From Guillardia theta CCMP2712 (taxonomy: Eukaryota; Protista; Cryptophyta): a stretch of DNA of 64,000 nucleotides. Position numbers and translations under genes: made by a program. The stretch's first letter is position 1; the number at the start of each line of letters is the position of its first letter. Of this stretch, positions 56,144 to 64,000 are shown piece after piece. Below the pieces are notes generated by a model that did no database searches, was not told the origin of the DNA, and saw nothing but the letters and a program-made list of their open reading frames with translations. Location of the stretch: the NCBI RefSeq assembly GCF_000315625.1, contig NW_005434671.1:1165170-1229169 (forward strand), given 5' to 3'.

Positions 56144-57462
56144 ATGAGGATGGCCGCGCTGATGGCTGGCTTGTGCTCCTGCTCCTGCTCCTTCATCGGA
56201 GTGACCCAACCTAGATGGCCTCTGACCTCAGCAGGCTCAGCTCCTTCCCCCTCATTCATGTCCTCTCGATCCTCCGCTGCTGCTGCTCGTCTCTGTATGC
56301 AGAACATACAAGATGGGGGGCCGAGGGTGCGCGCAGCGACGTGGAGCACGCGTGAGTTTGACAGCTGGATGGACCTGCTCGGCATCTCAAGATGTGTGCA
56401 AGTCGACAACATTGACGGATGTGGTAGGGGGCTGAGGGCAACAAGAGACTTGCTCCCCGATGAGGTCGCGTTGAAGGTACCATCGGAACTTCTGCTATCA
56501 GACCAAACGGTGCTACATCACTCGAACTACGAAGATATGCAAGAGGGAATGTCATGGAGCTCAAGACTAGCTCTGGGCCTTCTGAACGAGAAGTCGAGGG
56601 GAGACAGGTCTGTACATCGTGACTACATTGGAATGCTTCCTGCCCCGCCACGAGTGCTGAGCAGGTGGAAGGAGGACGAGCTGGTGGAGCTGCAGAACAG
56701 AACCCTTGAGGGAGAGACGGATATGATATACTTCTGGAGGCACGAGAACTGGGAGGATACCATCACGTCGGCAGAAAGAGTTTTGACGGGCTCTGAGTTC
56801 GACTCGTTCCGGCAGAGGATTTCGCAGCAAGACTTCCTCGACGCTCATGACCTGGTTTGCTCGCGAGCGATCAAGTTGGAGACGGCAAGAGGGGTGGAGC
56901 GATTCTTGGTTCCTGTCTTTGACTTGGCCAACCATTCGCCGAGGGGCGGAAGGTATGCCATGGACGAGGATGGGAACGTGTGCCTGATCACTGGCATTGA
57001 AGTCACGCGGGGAGCAGAGGTAAGGGGATGACGCTAAAGGTGCATGCTTGCACGGTAATGAGGGCACAGGTCTGCTTGGACTACGGAGGGAGGACGAATG
57101 ATCAGTTCCTCCTGCACTACGGTTTCGTTCCCCATCGAAACCCCTCCGACAGGGTCAAGGTGCTCCTGCCAGGTCACTTGTCTCCCGCTTGTCTCCGCAC
57201 TAATGCCACCCGAGTAGACGGATCGCAACATCACATCTCCTGGCTTGACCTCGGGGAGCCTCTCCACAAGAACGTGCGCGAGGCTGCTGAAGCCCTGCTC
57301 CAGACGATGCCGACGTCGGTTGAGGAGGATCTCAATCTGCTCGAGGAGGAGGCGGGCGAGCAGGCCTTGGCACTGCAATATCGGATCGGGAAGAAGCAGC
57401 TGCTGCGAGCCATTGCCGGGAAACAGGAAGCGTTTGACTGGTTTCTTGAGGGATTGTTCTGA
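56144..57462 (+). CDS. SET-domain lysine methyltransferase (Rubisco LSMT/SETD3-like), probably plastid-targeted
   Basis: GRGLRATRDL, LVPVFDLANHSP, E/VCLDYGGRTNDQFLLHYGFVP..NPSD; N-terminus MRMAALMAGLCSCSCS-FIG. Confidence 0.9.
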
Positions 57463-57544
57463 GCAGCTTCGTGTTGGCATGGCATGCGAGGTCGAGTGAC
57501 TCGTCTGTTTAATGTCAAACACCCGAGACATGAGAGAAGGTTCT

Positions 57545-59704
57545 TCAAGGGCTCTGGATGTCCTCAGCCGGCATGCCGTTTCCGTTGGTGTAACCCTCGC
57601 TTCGCTGCTGCTGAATGGCCTGATTGACCTCGTCGATAGTCTCGCTAGAAGGAGCTTCGTTGGACTCCATCACCTGATCTAGTTGTCACCCTCCTGCGTT
57701 ATTAGAGCGTTCAGACATCACCGATTCGGGCATCATGGCATCAACACCGATGGCCTTGTTCACCTGGCAAGCAAGAGTTCAGATCCAGCATCGACAGTCA
57801 TCTTGCAAACCACACCTCGATAGCATGATCCTCCTCTGGGCCCACTCCGTACTCAGCAAGCTTCTGCTCCTTCTGGAAGTACCTACGAAGACCAATCAGT
57901 CCCAGCGGAGGTAGCAGACAGGAGAAGCTCTACTTTGCGATGTCCTTGCGAGCAGCAGCGTCACTCAGGCCGTGCTTCTCCGAGACTTGCTTCAGAGAGC
58001 CCTTAGGCGCCTTCTCTAGCAACGGGCTTCGGCTGCAAGAGAAACCAATCAGACAGGCATTACAAAGATTGCAATGTAAACAAATTGAGCTAAAAGTGCA
58101 CCTGGACTGACAATCCTTATCATTCGCAACACAATCCGATTTGTCGACGTTCACCAAGGGAGTATCCACAGTTCCGTCAGATCGCATAAAGAGGGGAGTG
58201 TCTAACTCCACATCTGTACAGACCTGCTCCCCAAATTAGGTTTCCTTTCCTAATCTACTGCGACATCACCTTGCCAATGCATTCTTTCTCGGGCTTCTTG
58301 TATTCGACCTCCTACACCAAGGTCAACAACCTCGATTAGATTTCGTCATGATTTGTACCGCAGCGAGCTTCTGCTGCTTGGCGAAGTAATGGCCGAGATC
58401 GGACTTAGCGTCAGCAGAAGAGTACTGATGAAGTAAAGTCACAAGGTCGAAGGCAGCACACTTGATTCAGCGGTTGCTTTGAGGAACCCAACATGAAAAG
58501 GAAGTTTCGGGATTCAAATATGCCGTCCTGAGACGTTTTTGAGGGGGCGTTTCAAGCAGATCTCACCATGTGCGAAGGCTTGCGAGCCTTGCCAGCAATC
58601 TTGGCCTGGGAGCTGAAATACTTGCTGAAGTCCTTGCTGGCCTGATTTGCCGTGATGCCATGGAGCTGTCCCTTGGCGACAGAAGGCTGGGGGATGGTAT
58701 CCTTCAAATGATTGTTGTTGGCTCCATGCCTGTCTGAAGTCAATAATCTTCTTGCATCACCACCATATATCAGGTCCTCACCTGGTAGCAGCCAAGTGGT
58801 TGAAGTAGGAATTCAAGTCCTTGTTGCTCTCGCTGACCGTATAATGAGCTGGGGTCGCGGTCTGTCGGAGGGATTGTCTCCTGGACTTCTTCGACATGCT
58901 ATTGAAGTATGCAAGGATCTCGCTGTCAGCCTTCTGTGCTGAGATCTTGTTCATCTTTCCCCTGTTAGTGTCCTTCAGCATGCCGTTGTTGAAGGCGTGC
59001 TTGGAGCTCGCGAGTTGCGACCAATACTTTCCCAAGTCAGATTTGGCTGTGCGAGCGGTGAATGAGTGGGCACGCTTGATAGAGGCCGATTCATCCTCTT
59101 TTGCATCCTGCTCAGAAAACCTGTTGAAGATTGCTTGCGTCTGAGCCTGAGCCTGGGCTGCTGAGATGCCGAACTTGGTTCCAGCGCGATCATGGAAATG
59201 AGATTTGGCGTGCATGACAGGCTTAATAGCAACCCTCTTCCTCATCGCGTCTTTCTGCTGAAGGGCAAAGTATGCATCAAAGTCGCGAGATGCTGCATTG
59301 GCTGACATCTTCCTCTGCTTCAACGACGACCCACTCTGGGACTTGTCAAACAGCGGCTGAACGCTAGTCTGGCAATCTGGATCAGTGTCCTTGTTACAGT
59401 CAGCATGGTTCACATCCACGAGAGGAGCGTCCATGCCATCAACGATCTCATCCCCGCATATTCCTCCCACGCACTTGGGGTTCGATCCTCGCATGGGCCG
59501 AGTGTCGCGGGCATCTCCTGCTGCGAGTTTTTGGGAGAGCGACACGTTTGCGCGCGAGGAGCCCAGGACGATGAGCCCAGAGATGCACACAATCGCTGCA
59601 ACAACGAAGAGTGGAAGGAAGCTCAAGAAGGAGGAGGAGGAGGAGGAGGAGGGAGCGCGACGCGTCTTCCTCGTAGGAATCGCCGCCGTCCCATAGTGTG
59701 CCAT
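57545..59704 (-). CDS. Type II membrane protein with repeated A-x-x-D-x-x-x-YF motifs and two Cys-rich modules
   Basis: ORF 58778-59857 plus downstream exons ending ...AEDIQSP*; TM segment FLPLFVVAAIVCISGLIVLG. Confidence 0.65.
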
Positions 59705-60012
59705 GGCCGGATGGCTCTTCACACGGGGTTCAGTACCGGTGTTTTCACTCGGCATTTTGGGGGTATTCGTAGCATCCAATGTGAGCAGATTGGAAGAGGG
59801 TAGGTACAAGGAAACGACTTGTAAAACTTGAATGTACCGGTACCTTATAGATGTCAATTGACTGTATAGTAGCGGTCATTCTGATGGATTCTTCTAAAAA
59901 GACTATGTGTACGGGTGGAGGGTGAGTACCCCCACCCCCCAAATAAATGATGGAGCGATGGGTATGAGTTAAAGCAAATAAAAAAACTATCTTGTAAGAG
60001 TTGTTGGCAACA

Positions 60013-61388
60013 ATGCGGAGGGCTTGGTTGCGTGCTCGAGGTCCGATGGCTCCTCTGATCCCGCTGGGAGGGAGAAGCTTCAAGAACTCTGCTGCTACGA
60101 GGTACAAGGAAGTCAAATTCGTCCCCCACCTCGAAGAGCAGACCATTCAGAACCCCTTCCCTGGTCTGAAGACTTTGGAGCGAGCCATTGGAAAAGAGAT
60201 AACCACAAGGATAGGATCGAACGAAAGCATTGCGATGAGCGATCATCCTCTTTCCAGCATCCTTCCACCCGAAGTCTTAGATCTTGTACGTCTGTATCCC
60301 GACCCGTACTGCCGAGATATCCGCGCGTTCCTGGCAGAGAAGTTCAGGATGGCAGAGGACGAGATCATAACGGATGCTGGTGGTGACAGTCTTATATTCC
60401 TTGCGCTGAGGTCAAGGATTTCTCCCGGTGACGTCCTCGTGACATCAGCAGGTTCTTATCTCTTGTTAGTTGCATCTAAACGCGGCTGAAATGTTAGCAG
60501 GAACGTACCCCACTGTGAACTACTTGGCTCAGGGCCTTGGCGCAAAGATTCTTGAAGTGCCATATGCACAAGAGAAAGACAATCTGAAGCCGTCGCTTCA
60601 AGATCTTGCAAAGACAGCCATTGAAAACAAAGCTGATGTGCTGTATGTTGCGAACCCCGACAACCCTACAGGACAAGCGTTTACCTCGGCGGAAATCACT
60701 AGATTGCGATCATGGTTGCCTGAGGACACCACGTTGATTTTAGATGAGGCGTACATCGACTTCTGTCCCAACTATGCAGTAATGGACAGATTGCCCAACA
60801 CAATCCAAATTCGCACGATGTCGAAGGTGCCCGATTGTGTGATAATCGCCTTTACCTCTGACGAAAACCGCAGGCATATGGGTTAGCAGGCATAAGACTC
60901 GGTTATGCATTCGCAAGGGCGCAGTGGGTGGAAAAGGCAGATCAGATCAGAGTTCAGTTCACGACCAACAACTTGACAAACTTCTTGGCAATGAAAGTTC
61001 TGCAAGATGTTAACTTTTCAAGGAGGCTGATAGATGAGACTGTGCAACTCAGAACGCAGCTCACTGAAAAACTGAGATCAAGTACGTGTTTCTCTCTCAT
61101 TACATTTGCAGATTTTCCGTGCTGATCACTTGTCGGCAGAAGGTCTGAAAGTTTTGGCCTCAAACACAAACTTCGTGCCTATTATTTATCCCAGCAAGAG
61201 CGACGCCATGGCCCGCCAGAAGGTGGGGACTTGAGATTCGGAAATGGCTTCATCCTAATTTGTCACAGGCTCTGTGGGACATGGGAGTTGCAGTACACCG
61301 TCCTCCTCATCCTTCGATGCAGCATGTTTTAAGGATTACAGCAAGCCCGCAGGCTCTCGACGACGCAATCATCTCAAGATTGGTGTAG
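60013..61388 (+). CDS. PLP-dependent class I/II aminotransferase, HisC-like, with a transit-like N-terminus
   Basis: RIGSNES, LYPDP, YVANPDNPTG, ILDEAYIDF, IRTMSK/AYGLAGIRLGY. Confidence 0.85.
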
Positions 61389-61540
61389 CGACAATTCATT
61401 GCGGCCAAGATGGTAAATCAAAGCAGGAAACATCCTTCTGAGACGTGCATCAGATCATGCTTGACCGGTTTCTTTCCTCGTGAACTGCATCACATCATAC
61501 CAGTCCGTGATTGTCAAAGTTTACTGATTACAAAATTGGA

Positions 61541-62716
<1,176 letters not shown>

Positions 62717-63368
62717 TGCTGCGCCACTTCGCGATGCAGGTTGAGTGAAAAATCACATTAATAAAGCTATTGTAGCACTCCTCCAAAACAGTTTTAACAA
62801 TTATAATATGTTATTTTACTAACAATATGTATAAAATCAATACAATATTCACTTAATCTTATTTCCATTTCAGTAACATATCGAAAATATAAGCTTATAT
62901 AGTAGAAATACTAGTATATGATAAAACACTTCTGTAATAAAAAAAACATATATAAAATAGGATTTCTACCTGGACTTCGGTGGCAGGTACAAACAATGTT
63001 TTAAAAGTAGTTTTGATGCGGGTAAGTTTGCAGGATGAAAATGCTTGAAGGAGGTAGCAGGGTGCAAGGGATGGTGTTTGAGTGGTAGGCGTGAAGAGGG
63101 AACATCAGTTTGAACAAGTTCATCCATGAAGACTTTAGCTGTTGAGATGGAGAAACACGAGGGAAGGAGGGCGAGAGCAGGGGCGGTTAGGCTCGAGACT
63201 CTGAGATTGCAACCCGATACTGATGTTGAGGGTCGGCGAGTTGGTAGAGGAGGCGAAGCAAAACAACGGTAGGGCACAGGACGAGAAAACCACAATATTA
63301 TCATACAAGATGCACACATGCATCTGAACTACATGTTGCCCTCTGGTCTGTTTTGATGACATGGTTGT

Positions 63369-64000
63369 ATGACGTCAGGAACTGCGATGTCATTATCAAC
63401 CCTCAAATACAACAGTCACGTCAAACTCCTACAGAGGCGAGAAGTGTCATTCCCGAAAACGTCTGACAAACTTCATTCATCTTCCTACGTTTCATTGACT
63501 CCTCTTCATAGAACTTTCTACGGAGACCATGATTTCGGGAGCATGAACAAGCGGCTGTACAGCTGCCGTTCGTTTGTTCGAAGATTAAGTATGGAAGCCC
63601 AGCACGACTGGCATGCAGGTGAAGCAGATGCTTCTGCAACTCAGTCATCTAAACTTGCTGCATCTTATCTTATCAGGATGTGTCAACACCATTCACTTTA
63701 CCTCCTCTGGGTGCGCATGAGCTTGAATACGTTGTTCTCTTACTGAAATGATCTTGGCAGGCAAGAACTGATTTCTGGCTCGGATGATCTCAACATTGTC
63801 GTTGGAGATTGGCAGACTGGAATGATCAAACTTTGTTATGAGAGCGGACACGTTGGGAATGTTTTTCAAGTCAGTTGGCGCTGCGAGGTCATTAGAGTTT
63901 GAAGATGATCCGTCTTGCAGGCAAAATCCTTGCCGTCCAAGAATGATATGATCGTGACTTGTGCAGCGGACGGTCAGGTTGGTCAGGGGTGAGCATCGGG
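63369..64000 (+). CDS. WD40 protein, DCAF8/WDR42A-like (5' partial, runs off the window)
   Basis: SFVRRLSME...HA/GCVNTIHFTSSG/QELISGSDDLNIVVGDW...SGHVGNVFQ/AKSLP...IVTCAADGQV. Confidence 0.85.

Overview
Gene-dense eukaryotic nuclear DNA with many short (mostly ~45-70 nt) spliceosomal introns, long microsatellites and three 100-N scaffold gaps. Intron size, signal-peptide-plus-Phe targeting sequences and gene style suggest a cryptophyte alga such as Guillardia theta (inference, not verified). Recognisable genes: an FKBP/SlyD-MsrA fusion (partial), a SAM-domain coiled-coil protein, a pseudo-OTU protein, a METTL4-like MT-A70 methyltransferase, a two-domain membrane nucleotide cyclase, glutaminyl cyclase, plant-type TOM20, an Sfi1-like repeat protein, panB, a PDZ coiled-coil protein, a GlcNAc-kinase-like ATPase, an MFS transporter, a SET methyltransferase, a HisC-like aminotransferase, a collagen-like protein and a DCAF8-like WD40 protein (partial). 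The most striking structure is a four-gene cluster (32.4-38.7 kb) of intron-split PAS-domain proteins in direct and inverted orientation. Their cores, including introns, are near-identical and mosaic while their Cys-Cys-containing N-termini are strongly diverged, which points to a sensor family under ongoing gene conversion. Other highlights: two Cys-to-Ser pseudoenzyme domains, a cyclase with swapped catalytic-domain order, and recurrent GGGGTA and CCGG intergenic islands. Gene boundaries were read by eye and are approximate.
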